A DNA stretch of 63,420 bases, counting the filler, from Olpidium bornovanus S191 (lineage: Eukaryota; Fungi; Olpidiomycota), in the NCBI GenBank assembly GCA_017911155.1. It is 32 parts of 32 records of this genome, joined end to end, with 100 filler letters (N's around TTAATTAATTAA, not from the genome) between each part and the next. Parts side by side here need not be neighbours in the genome. Positions count along the whole stretch, not along the records: positions 36,911 to 38,551 come from JAEFCI010012156.1; positions 38,652 to 39,793 come from JAEFCI010004536.1; positions 39,894 to 41,698 come from JAEFCI010012688.1; positions 41,799 to 45,431 come from JAEFCI010011206.1; positions 45,532 to 48,211 come from JAEFCI010010356.1; 27 more parts are not named here. One strand, written 5' to 3'. Within the stretch, counting starts at the first letter, position 1. Every line of letters begins with the position of its first letter. A program made the translations under genes and the position numbers. A model generated the notes under the pieces. It ran no database searches and was not told where the DNA came from. It saw only the letters and a list, made by a program, of their open reading frames with translations. Of this stretch, positions 36,911 through 48,197 are shown in pieces.

Positions 36911-37958
36911 CATGCCACCAATGGGCAGAGCTGTTTGGCATGCACGCCACCTATCGCCACCTGTCTTCCAAAAGCCTTTCCCTTATTGCTCAAAAAACAG
37001 TTTGTGAGATATTTAAGGTCATCTGGCAACCTTACCGATTCCGTCAGCCAAGCCAAGGGAACACGACGCTTCGACAGACCCAGATACGCTTACGACCCGA
37101 GTCTTGCTTTTCTTAACGACTCCATTTAGGGGTACGCTCCCGGCAACTTCCTCGCCAAGTTTTTCGAAGTACCGCGAGGCCAGATTCTCAAAACTAGTGG
37201 CAACCTTCTTCCCGAGCAGGTCCCGCGGTTCCCTGTATGGGGAGGAGACCGGCACCTGCAAGCAGAGCCTGCACTTGCCGAAGCCGAGCTTAAGCACCTC
37301 GTCGACGTTGCCTACGGTGTCTTCGCCGGCCTCCGCAATCACGTCCTGCCCAGTGATGCCAAGGTCAACGTTTCCTTCCCCGACAAACTTTGCGATATCC
37401 ACGGCGGGTAGAAACACCAGCGCGATAGGCAGATTGGAGGAGAGGGCAATATCTGTCCGCGATTTGCGGTGAAACTGGATATCCGCCCCGGCAAGCAGCT
37501 GCAGGGCCTTCTCGTGGAGGCGGCCCTTCTGTTTTCGCGAAAAGTGGAAGTTCCGGGCGAGGTTGGGCAAGACTCCAAGCGCAGAGGATCAAAAACGAAC
37601 GCAAGAGAACGACAAGGAGGGTGGCGAAAGACGGAACACGGCGCCCACGGGACGCATCGCAGCACACGGCTTGTTGAGACGCAGCGAAGTGGGATTGAGG
37701 AAGCGAGTTGGAGAAACTAAGCGGTACCAAACCGGCGGAAAACCAGAGATGGGCAGGATCGCGGACCGTACCGCCCTGGAAGCAATCTCCCGTTCTCAGG
37801 AAGCGCCGCCCAAGACTTTCTTTTTTTCCTTTTTTCCCATCCTGTTACAATTTTCTATTCTTTTCCTTTTCGCTCCTTCCGCGTTACCGCGGCAGTGGCT
37901 TTCTGTTTACCTTTGGGACCGCGAAAAGCAGCCGTCCGTCCAGGTCGGAAACGTCCAT
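36911..37958 (-). CDS. HIS1: ATP phosphoribosyltransferase, 5' part, spliced
   Basis: MDVSDLDGRLLFAVPK|KGRLHEK, FLPAVDIAKFVGEGNVDLGITGQD, LGFGKCRLCLQVP, VATSF, VSGSVEASCSLGLADGI. Confidence 0.96.
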
Positions 37959-38690
37959 CTGGCGGCAAGGAATGGTCTTTGCACTTGGGCTAGGCCCCGC
38001 GCATAACATGTCGCAGTCCACCGCGTCGTGCGCTTCCCACGCTTACCCACGTCCCTCGCCACGCAGCTACCTGGGGTGGAGTCCGTGTTCCTCCGGGCGG
38101 GTGTTGCCCGTGCGCTCTCCTGCGTGCGCTGCTGCGGCGGCCTTCCGGCAACCCCGCGTGCGCGCGCTTTGGAGGGGTGTGTGTGTCACAGGGATCGTCT
38201 CTGGGTCCCGCGCGGGCGGGCGGGCAGCGGCCCTTCGACTTGCGGACGCATCCAACGAAGCGCGTGGCCTGGAAATAAAAAAGTTTTGGGGTGAAAAAAA
38301 AAAAGATATCAGCCGGAATTGCGAGATGTGCCAACCGGAAGAACGGTGTGCGTGTGAGAGCAAACCTCAAAAGTGTCCCCTTCCTTCCCCCCTCCCTTCC
38401 CCCCCCCCCCCCCCCCCCCCCGTCCGGCATTCACGCGGACACGCGCTGCCGCACCCCCGCCCGCCTCCGCCGCCAACTCCCCGCCATTCCACATCCGCGG
38501 CAAAATCACCATTCTCAGCTTCGCCGACGAAGACCAAGCAATGTTTCAAAANNNNNNNNNNNNNNNNNNNNNNNNNNNNNNNNNNNNNNNNNNNNTTAAT
38601 TAATTAANNNNNNNNNNNNNNNNNNNNNNNNNNNNNNNNNNNNNNNNNNNNCCTTAAACTGCCTGCGGCTTCCCGACAAGACGCTGTGAC

Positions 38691-38944
38691 TTACGACCTC
38701 GGCAGGTCGTAAAACTGCCCCAACCCAAAACGACCTCGGCAGGTCATAAAACTGCACCAACCCAAAGCGACCTCGGCAGGTCGTAAAACTGCCCCAACCC
38801 GAAGCGACCTCGGCAGGTCGTAAAACTGCCCCAACCCGAAGCGACCTCGGCAGGTCATAAAACTGCCCCAACCCGAAGCGACCTCGGCAGGTCGTAAAAC
38901 TGTCTCAACCCGAAGCGACCTTGGCAGGTCGTAAAACTGCCCCT
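38691..38944. repeat. 37-bp tandem array, about 6.8 copies, each with an internal palindrome
   Basis: Consensus CGACCTCGGCAGGTCGTAAAACTGCCCCAACCCGAAG, with units starting at 38694, 38731, 38768, 38805, 38842, 38879 and 38916. No unique spacers. Confidence 0.97.
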
Positions 38945-39469
38945 ACCACCCGCAAGCCGACGGGGGGCGGGCCTTTTCTGCAAGGCTGAACAAGATCCCC
39001 CGCCCCGCCGCCTCTCAACGTATGGGCCAAAATCATCAGCCAATGCGTTCGGCGCCGCGACGCGTCCATTCTGAAAGACGCCTCCGACGCCGCCGGACCA
39101 GCACCGCGGCGACGCAAACCACGCCCGCGATACCAACGAGACTGCGGCCGAGCCCAATGGCCCTCCCTCCTGGGCTGCCTGGAGACATTACGTACTTCAG
39201 ACGCCGAGCGGCCGGCGGCCCAGGGGGCAGAGGATGGCATGCCGCGCGACAAGACTTTCCGCGGACGGAAAGTACGGGGGGTGTGCTGTGGCACGGCTCT
39301 AGCCTCGACCGTCGCTCTACACCAAGGAGGAAGCCACGGAAGGCGGCGGCGGTATGGGGGGTGACACTTACATTGCACTCTGGGGCTTTGATTTTCTTCT
39401 TCTTGGGGCTTTGCTTTTCGTCGTCTTTCTTTCTTTCTTTTTCTTTCAGTTTTTCAGGGAAATTTCCCC

Positions 39470-39690
39470 CCTTTTAACCTATTTTCGAATTAACCTTTGT
39501 CCCAATTTAGCCTTTGTCCGAATTTAACTTTTCTGCATTTTAACTTTTTTTGAGGTCGCTTTAAACTTTTTTCACATCAGTTTAAACTTTCTTTTGATGC
39601 CGCTTTAAACTTTTCTCGCATCACTTTAGCTTTGTGTCTCTATTTTAGCTTTGTCTCTCTATTTTAGCTTCATCTCTCTATTTAGCCTCT
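39470..39690. repeat. Degenerate T-rich array of TTTAR(A)CYT cores
   Basis: About a dozen cores spaced roughly 15-23 bp apart, ending in three near-perfect TTTAGCTTTGTCTCTCTAT-like units. Confidence 0.75.
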
Positions 39691-39893
39691 GCACAGCTGC
39701 GCTCTGGGGACCTGAGCTTAATCCCCAGCCCTGGATATATAACCAGGCCCCACCCCCCCCACTTTGCAAACTTATGGCATAGACATGCGCTGANNNNNNN
39801 NNNNNNNNNNNNNNNNNNNNNNNNNNNNNNNNNNNNNTTAATTAATTAANNNNNNNNNNNNNNNNNNNNNNNNNNNNNNNNNNNNNNNNNNNN

Positions 39894-41349
39894 CATGTAC
39901 GTTCTTGGCCGCCTGTGACTTTTTCTTTCGTGCGTTGTCAAAACGAACTTCAGACTCTCCCCCAAGAGATCAAAACAGAGGTTTTCGATTGAAACAGTCG
40001 GAGTTACCACAAGGTTGCTTTCCTTGATGAACCTCAGAACGTCTCCCTTGAGAACATCGCCTTTCGGCCCAGAAGCCTTCACCGCGGACACATCAACGCC
40101 GTACTCAGCCACGAGCCTGGCCACAGCAGGGAAGCGCACGGCCGTTGTCGGAACTGTGTGCGCGTTGCTGCCAGTCAGGCCTGTTTCGAATCTCGGCTGC
40201 AGTTCTGCCTCCACCATCTTGTTGTCCGCCGCCGCAGGCTTAGACTCGGCGGGTTCTCGACGTTCCTCGCCTTCCAACGCCGCCGAGTTCACTTGCGATA
40301 CGTCGGATTCGTCTTCGGCGATAATGGCGATCGGGTCGTTCACGGCAATCTTTTTGCCAGTTCCTGCGGGTGCCTTCATTCAGCGAGCGCAAAAAAATTC
40401 ATTTTTGGCAAGGTTGAGAATCACAGGATGACCGGCTGACTAGCGGGCGCCTTCTCGGCGATCATCGCGAAACATTCGTTTTCGGAAAAGCCGTGGCCAA
40501 GGAACACGTACCAGAATCTTCGCAAGGATCCCATCGTCCTGTGCTTCTACTTCTATTTGTGCCTTGTCTGTCTCAATTTCCAGTAGAATGTCTCCGGCAG
40601 AGAACGCCTCCCCTGTTGACAATATGCAGCACACCCTCAAGCGTTGTCAACGACCCTTAACGTTGAATGTTCTAGGCGTTACGGAATTTCCACAAACGGT
40701 GACGCCGACCTTCGGTTCTTCTCCAGTTCATGATGCCACCCTCCGTCATCGTCGGGGACATCGCCGGCATGCGGAGCCTTGATAAAGCGCAGCTCGCTGA
40801 CAACACGTGGAAACCTATTTTCGCAGAGCACGGTTTCGTATTTTGTCACACGGAGTCGAATGACAAAACGAAGCCAACCGCTACGATAACGGCACAGGGT
40901 CCAAACTTCGCCTGAAAAAGCTCCGGAGGACACTGCGCCTCCACGGAGTTCACAAAAACTTTCCGGGGGTCCGCGCCGTGAGAGGGAAAATGAAAAAAAG
41001 AAAAAGGCAAGTTGCGCCACCTCGAGCGCCAGAACAGAGCAGCGGAAGGTGCGTCTCCGTCCGCCAGAGTTTCCCCGCCGAGGGACGGGGCTACTGATGG
41101 TCGAACACCCCGTTTTTCTCGACGGCGGAAAGAACACCCTTACCCGCGCACGCGAAGGCGCAGTGGCGCCACAAACCCTGTGAGAGCAGCCGTACCTTGG
41201 CGACGCGCGGCGGCGGCTGCGTGCCGCTGCTTCCAGCGGCAGGCAGGGCAGGCGGACAGCCCCGCGAGACGCAGACGCAGCGGCGACGACGCGTCGAGCG
41301 CCGGCGCCGTGCGACCGGCGCAAGCTGCGGCGGCGCGCACGGCGGACAT
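39894..41349 (-). CDS. PDX1: Pyruvate dehydrogenase complex E3-binding protein (protein X) or E2, 5' part, spliced
   Basis: Mitochondrial leader, then [16 protein letters not shown], lipoyl motif [24 protein letters not shown], and E3-binding [25 protein letters not shown]. The short linker favours protein X over LAT1. Confidence 0.75.
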
Positions 41350-41798
41350 GAAGATGACGGCGACGATTGGAGTACGGGTGCGGGGGGGTTCCGCGCGCGC
41401 GCGGTTTTGGCCGGTCTTTATTTCCGGCCTTTATAAATTTTGGTCACGTGGGCGCTGCGGGGAAAAGAGAAACGGAAACATTGGAAACGAGTCGACCAAA
41501 GCGAACGCGGACGCGAAACGATGGAAACGACGCCCGATGAAGTGCACGTCCATCCGCTCTCCCAGGCGAGACGCTACACTGGTCAGTAGCCAGTTGTTAA
41601 CTACGGCATCCGGTTGGACGATTTCTCCAGCGATGCTTTCGACGAGCTAGGCGGCGGACGCAAACTCTGTCATTGGGAGTCCACGGCTGAAACCATGCNN
41701 NNNNNNNNNNNNNNNNNNNNNNNNNNNNNNNNNNNNNNNNNNTTAATTAATTAANNNNNNNNNNNNNNNNNNNNNNNNNNNNNNNNNNNNNNNNNNNN

Positions 41799-43348
41799 AG
41801 TCGTTGCCGCAGCGGTGACGTCTGCACCGCTCGGGTCCTCGGGTGGGGCCAGTTCCTGGCAAAGAAAGAGGCGACCAAGTTGCTTGTTTCGTTTATGCCG
41901 GACTTTGACCTAATCAGGGGGCACGTTAGCGTTGTACCGAACCACGATGATTAGCAGGCGTAGATCAGCGAAGTTACAATCCGCATGCCTCATATCGAAC
42001 ACGCCGTACCTTGATATACGAATATCCCAACGCCTTCCCCAGCAACTCAGACGGTGTCTCCAAATCCGTGAAGTTACCGTCGCTTTCAGCACCGCCGGAG
42101 ATGTGGGAGCCCGCTCCCGAGTCGCTCTCTCGCTTGCTGCCGGCATGGTCGGAGTCTCCTTTTCTACCGCCTTTCCTTTCTTTCAGACCTCGCTTGAGGA
42201 ATTTGAGAAGTCGTGGTCGCCCTTTGTGGCTGGCAATGGCAACCTCTGCGATTTAGTACGAGGTACGTAATCGCCATTACGCAACGAAAATCGCCTTTTT
42301 GGCATGAACTCATGTTCCTTGCTCTACCTTGCTTCGTCAATGTCACTATCACTGTCGTCCGAATCATGCGCCTGCGTGCTGTCCTGCATCGGAAGAAGCA
42401 TTCCAGTTCCCGTGCTCTTCGTCCGCTTCAGCATGTGGAGGCTCAGCGGATCAATACCATGTGATCGCAACTCTTCCTCAACTTCCGACAGCGGAACCAT
42501 CTGGTTGGTGTCTAGATTCTTTAACATCATTATTGATGTCCCATCATCGCACACAGACATGCCGGTTCCCAAGTTCGAGGCTTTCGCGGAAAAGAGCGCA
42601 GACAGGTGACGAAGGTTGAGCCTCCAGCGCGTAGTGTGGACCATTGGATTAGGTGAGCGTGACCTTGTTGTCTCTCACCTTGGGCAATAGACAAGCTGGC
42701 CCCGATTCTATCTTCCGTCCCGTTTTCGGCGTTACAGGTTTGTGTTTTCTGTTCAATCGGCCTATGTTTCCATACTTCGATCGGCGTCACATCCTTCGTC
42801 TCCGCTGGAACGGCACTTCCAGTGGAATTGGAAACCTCGACGGACTGTGACGCAGGCGGCTTGGTCATCGCCGCCTTGCCATCCTTCGCCACTGTAGCGC
42901 GGCTGCGTTGCGAATTTTGGGGACTCGGCCTGCTCGTTTCCTGGCCGACTCCAATTTCTTTCCCACCAGCGGTTTCGGAACTCGTTGGCAACAGGACGTC
43001 TTGATGTGGCGGCTGCTGCTGCTCCTGCTCTCGCCGCGGCAGTTCCCTCTGAGCGGCGGCTGGCGCTGACGGCGTGGAGGGCGTCTCCGCCGGGAATATT
43101 GGCGGTTGGTCTTTGGTTGTAGGCGCCTCACATTGGCCATCCTTGCCCGTCTCCGCGGACGGCCTGTGCTTCCCGACGGGCTTCCTCGAAAAATCAGCGG
43201 ACGCACGCGGCTGCTGGTGCGGACGCTGTCCGCCCGCGCTCTGCCTGTTTTGCTGCTGCTGCGAAGACGGCGCCGCCGATTCGAGGCCGACCCCCGGAAC
43301 GTTCTCCTCGGCGTCATAGAAGTCGAGGTCTTCCTCCTCGGACTCCAT
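41799..43348 (-). CDS. WDR44: WDR44-like WD40 protein, N-terminal part
   Basis: FFAT-like start (EDLDFYDAEE), MLKNLDTNQMVPLSEVEEEL..GIDPLSLHMLKRTK (cf. WDR44 IKNLDTGEEIPLS..GINPLTLHIMRRTK), and YIK|VKVRHKRNKQLGRLFLCQEL. Confidence 0.75.
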
Positions 43349-43957
43349 CTCACCCAACAGGGATCGGGCACGTCAGTTCGGTCGTCCTGCGACCGAAGCG
43401 GGACGAAGTTTCTGGCAAACCCACCCGCCGCCCCTTTCGTCGTTTCCACCGCCGGGGCACCACCTGCAGCAGAGGCCTGCGGCGGCTCCGCCAAGGGCGA
43501 AACGGACGCAGGCGACGCCGGTCCCGCACCGGCTGCTGCTGCTGCTGCTGCTGCTGGCGGGGAGTGCGGGGCGCGAACGACGACCGACCGTCCTACCGAC
43601 CGACCGGACCGACGGCGAGACCTCCCCAGAGTCTCGGCGGCCAACCGCGGGGCGATCCTGCTGGTCCTCTCCGCGCGCGCAACGCCGCAGTCGAACTCCC
43701 GTTCCGGAGGAGCGCACCGTTTTCTCGAAACCGTACAGCGGGCAGCAGCGGCAAAACGCTTTCCTGTTCGCGGTACATGCACAGACGCACACATGTGCAC
43801 ATCCAAACGGAAAAAAAAACACACGCAGGCGAGCAACGCTCGCGCGCCCGTGCGCCCACGGAAGGCGCACCACCACCCCACACGCAACCCCCGCAACCCC
43901 CGCGCGCACACGTGCACAGCCCGCCCGCCCGCCCCTGTCGTAAGCGCCAACTGTGCA

Positions 43958-45267
43958 CTACGATGTCTCTTGCCCCTGGGTTGAATCTCCCACGCAGGCG
44001 TTTTCCTCCTGCAGACACATCAGGAACCGACGTCCTCCGAAAAAAGCGAACGGCGGGCTCTTCGTTCCACGTCGGCAGCGAAGTCGTCTTCCGGCAGAGC
44101 GCATGAATCCTTGTGCGATGTTGTGGCTGCCCGGCTCAGCACTAATTGCGGCTCGTCCAACAAGCAGATCGTTCTCGCTTAAACGCCCTTTTTCGGCGAA
44201 ATTCCGGTTCATACTTGCGACCATAAGCCGGGCGACGGGCATACCGTGCGGCCGGATCCAATACGTCGCTTGCATTATTAAAAATGTGGAATTAATTGCC
44301 GTTAACTTAGATGGTGATACATCGGGCATAGGAAGCAGGCTGCAAATTCAGAAAACAAGGTGTAACAAGGGGCAGATTCAGCGAAACCGGAAACAGACCA
44401 GTCCAACTTCCAGCGCCGAGTCAATTCTGGTGTCAAGTAGTTCTGCGTCCGGCACTTTCCCTCCCATTTTCGTGCAGCTTTCCTTTCGCCGACTGTGGGG
44501 CTGTCAGCGGCTGCAAACCTTGTTCGAGCCCATTGCCCTCAACTGATACCTGAAGGGTAATGGAAGAAGTTCTTTCATCTGCAGCGTAAACCTTGAAACG
44601 AATCCCCGAAAGTCGACTTTTGCTACCGGCAGTCCTGTCGGCGTCGCCCGGTTGGGCTCGCGTCCTCCACGTGGGCGACAAACTTACTAAGAATTGAGAA
44701 ACTTGTTGCGAGCGATATGGCGATGTTAACGGGTCCACGGCGTATAATCCTAGTATCTCTGAATACTGCGCTCCACTCCGCTAAAGGCAGAGCCGCGAAC
44801 CGTGGACCACTATTGGTCTCGTCTCAAACTCGCCGGGCCTTGTTGAGATTGGAGTCCAACCCTGAGCCAGCGGGCCGCCGTTTGATTCCAGAACCCGTCA
44901 GCGATGACGCAGCGGGCTTTGCGTACCTGAGCTGCTCCAGGTGGCGGAACAGCAGCGGCTGCGTGTCTCTGGGAACGACTGTTGAGGGCAATAACCACAG
45001 AAAACACGTGAAGCGACCAAACTAACGCGACTGAAACAGATGCCCGGACGTCCCCTGCTACTCTGGTGGGAGGAACCATGTTGCCCGCGTACCCCTCGGA
45101 GGCTTCTCGTTCCGCGTCGCAGATATGCCATGCAAGGCCTTGGGAAAGGAGAGCTCTCTGCCTAACACAGGTCCGGAAGCGAGGCAGGAGAAGGCCGCGC
45201 GGCCGCTCGACGGCAGGTCAGACAGTCCCTTCCCGCGATAGTAGCAGTCGCCGGCCTCTTTCGACAT
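43958..45267 (-). CDS. Hypothetical multi-exon gene
   Basis: Several protein-like frames flanked by GT/AG signals. No family recognised and exon structure unresolved. Confidence 0.25.
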
Positions 45268-45947
45268 AGGCGAGAAACTGTCTGTGCGCTTCCGGCAAGC
45301 GACGATTGACAGAAAGTGCGCTTTTATTATCGGACACAGCGCAGGCGTTTGGTGATAGGGGAGGGCTTACGAAACAAAATTTGGCGTACGGGAAAGCCAA
45401 ACAGCAAAACGGTGCACAGCTGTAAAGCATGNNNNNNNNNNNNNNNNNNNNNNNNNNNNNNNNNNNNNNNNNNNNTTAATTAATTAANNNNNNNNNNNNN
45501 NNNNNNNNNNNNNNNNNNNNNNNNNNNNNNNGGCATGCATAACCCATCCCAGCCCGGCTAATTCGGTAAACCGGGCAGGTTTCTCGCGCATTCCCATACA
45601 ACCGGCTCTCCATAGACCTGCATTATACACCGGGCAAGCGCGCCCGTAATGCCTGCACGCGCCGTGCTCCCTTCCCCCGACGGGCGCGCGCAAGGGGGGG
45701 GGGGTAGTCTTGGGCAGATTTCTCGCGGCAGTTGCCGAGCGGATCGGCCGCGTAGAGGCGGCGTCGGCGGGGGATGTGCGGTGGGATTGGGGGGGCGCTG
45801 GCTGGGCCGGCCGGCTCGCCGTCTCCGTCTCTCGGCAAGCGGGAAGCCCGTCAACGCCGAATTTGCGGCCTTTGGAGCGACAAACCTTCGCTCGAAAACC
45901 TGCTCGCCGCCCCGCCGGCGACAAGCCCGGAGGGCGAGAGAGGCGCC

Positions 45948-47220
45948 ATGGCTGCACTGCTCACCCAGTACCGGTTGTTTCCGCCGCCGCCGCCGCCGCC
46001 GCGCGATCCGCAGGATCGTCCCGCTTGCCCGCATTACGTCGGCGAAGAGGTCTTCGTCAACCTCCGGTCCGACAAACCCACGGGGGGCGCGCGGATCGTC
46101 GCGCTCTCTCCGGAAGCTCGCGCTAATGGATCCGCCGAAGCCGCCGAAGCCGCCGCCGCCGCCGACCCGCGGTACCGCGGCCGCGTAAAAGTGCGCTACC
46201 ACGACAACGGTTCCACCTGCCACGTCCGGCCCGGCCGCCTGACGCACGTCCACAGGACCGAGGACGCAGGCGGCCCGGCCGGCGCGACGCTGATGCTCGT
46301 CTGCGCCTCCACCGCCGACTACCGGCGCCTCGCGCGCTCCCAGTGCCGCCCCAGCGACAACATCCTGGAGGTCGGGTGCAGCTACGGCGAGTGCACGGCC
46401 CTGCTGGCCGCGCACTGCAAGCGCTGCGTCGGCGTCGACATCGGCGCCGAGGTCGTCGCGGCGGCGCGGGAGAGGCACGGCGGGCGGGCCAACGTCGAGT
46501 TCGAGCAGTACGACGTGTTCGAGTGGAACGGCCACTTGGCGAGGAAAGAGCGGTTTGCTGGAGAAGACGTCCACGCCGTATTCGTCGACATCGGAGGGTG
46601 AGAGAGTGGTGGTTTTTTTTTATGTTGCACGATCGAAAATGAGAATCCCACCACCCCCCCCCCTTCCCGGCGGGGTTGCGTGCTGAAATCGTGTTAGGAA
46701 CCGCGAGTTGTCTACCATCGTCCGGCTGATACCCTTTATCCGGCGCGAGATCCGACCGCGGCTGATAGTCGTCAAGAGCGCGAAGCTCGCGCGGCGGGCG
46801 GAACGGCATTTCGCCGAACGCTCGGCCGGCCCCGATTCGCCTTCGGTTACCGCCCTGCACGGCGAGGAACGGCGGCGGGCCTCCTCGTTCGGCGTGTTTC
46901 CCCGCCAGGACGAATTCCTGCGCGAGCTCCAGGCGTCGGCCCTGTCGAGCGAGACCAAGGCCGGAAGGAAGCTGGGCGGCGCGGGCGCGGGCGTCGTCGA
47001 CGGCGACGACGCCGCCGCCGCCGCGCCGGCGGACGGCGGGAGGTTCAAGCGGCACCCGCTGAAGTATCCGCCGAGGCGCCTGGAAGGGTCAGGGCGGCCG
47101 GTGTGCAGGTTCTTCAATTACGGCGAGTGCCTCAAGGGGAAGGCGTGCCCCTTCGACCACGAGCACTGCCACTACTGCCTGGGAAACGGCCACAGGGCCG
47201 TCGAGTGCGCGAAACCTTGA
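45948..47220 (+). CDS. Class I SAM-dependent methyltransferase with N-terminal SH3/Tudor-like domain and C-terminal CCCH + CCHC zinc fingers, 2 exons
   Basis: Motif I ILEVGCSYG, motif II VGVDI, VFVDIGG|NRE across intron ~46599-46698, CCCH CRFFNYGECLKGKACPFDH, knuckle CHYCLGNGHRAVEC. TGA ends at 47220. Confidence 0.8.
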
Positions 47221-47628
47221 GCCGCCGCTCCGCGCCCGTCTGGGCTTCCGCCGGGCCCTACCGCAGGATCGTAACATCTATGCGGGGCAGGCGAAATGCC
47301 TGCGGCCCGCGTCTTGCCTGCAGGCCTTCTTTCTGACTTCCCGCGTCCGCCTTCAGGTCGCAATCAGCATTTATCTTCCTGAATAGACTTATGTTTCGGC
47401 GGTGAACGAAAACGCCGTGCTCACAAGACCACGAAAGCATCCGCGGCGCAAAAAAAAGCGCCTCAATGATGTGAACAAGACAGTTACGGGAACAAAACGT
47501 GGAAATTACAATAATTCACGCGATGGCAGCCGGTTTTTTGCCTCAAAAAATGGATCTACGAAAATCCGATTATGCGCGGCGGGAGGGGCAGCCCGAAGAA
47601 AAGAAAAAAAGGAGGGGGTAGAAAATAG

Positions 47629-47664
<36 letters not shown>

Positions 47665-47794
47665 CCACAAAAAGGGAAAAAAAAATGCGGGTTTACAAAT
47701 TGCTGGTTTGAAAAAAATGTTGGTTCGAAAATGCGGGTTTGGAAAACGCGGGTTCTGCGGTGCGGACGAGCAGAGGGGGAAAAGCGCAGTTCTC

Positions 47795-48197
47795 TTACAC
47801 GCGGAAGGACGCCGCTGCGGCGGTGAGGGAGAGGGCGGCGGCGGCGGCCAAGCAGGGCGCCGCGATCGCCGAAGCGGAGGCTTTCGGGGGGCTGGACTCG
47901 CCGGCCGGGGGGGCGACAACGGAGGCGGTGGACCTGGAGCCGGGCGTGGGGGCGCCGGTCTCCCGGTACGCCGGGACGGCGCCTCCGCCGCACTTGTCGG
48001 CGGTGACGAACGTGACGCCCTGGGCCTTGATGGCGGCGATGATCTCGGGGACCAGCTTTACGGAGAACGGTATGGTGTCGTGCTGCAGGCTCATGTGGCC
48101 GGCGGCGGTGGCCGTGAGCGCAGCGGCCTTGAAAACGTCGATGACCTTGGCCTGTTCGGGAGTGTCTTTGACCTTCCAGTCGTTCGAGTCGACGTCC
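47795..48197 (-). CDS. Chitin/polysaccharide deacetylase (CE4), last exon, probable GPI-anchor tail
   Basis: DVDSNDW, HMSLQHD, VPEIIAAIKAQGVTFVTADKC, followed by a Ser/Pro stalk and a hydrophobic C-terminus. Confidence 0.75.

Noticed and set aside
38691-38944. CRISPR array interpretation of the 37-bp palindromic repeat
   Set aside because: Units are head-to-tail with only point differences and no unique spacers, there are no cas genes, and the context is eukaryotic.
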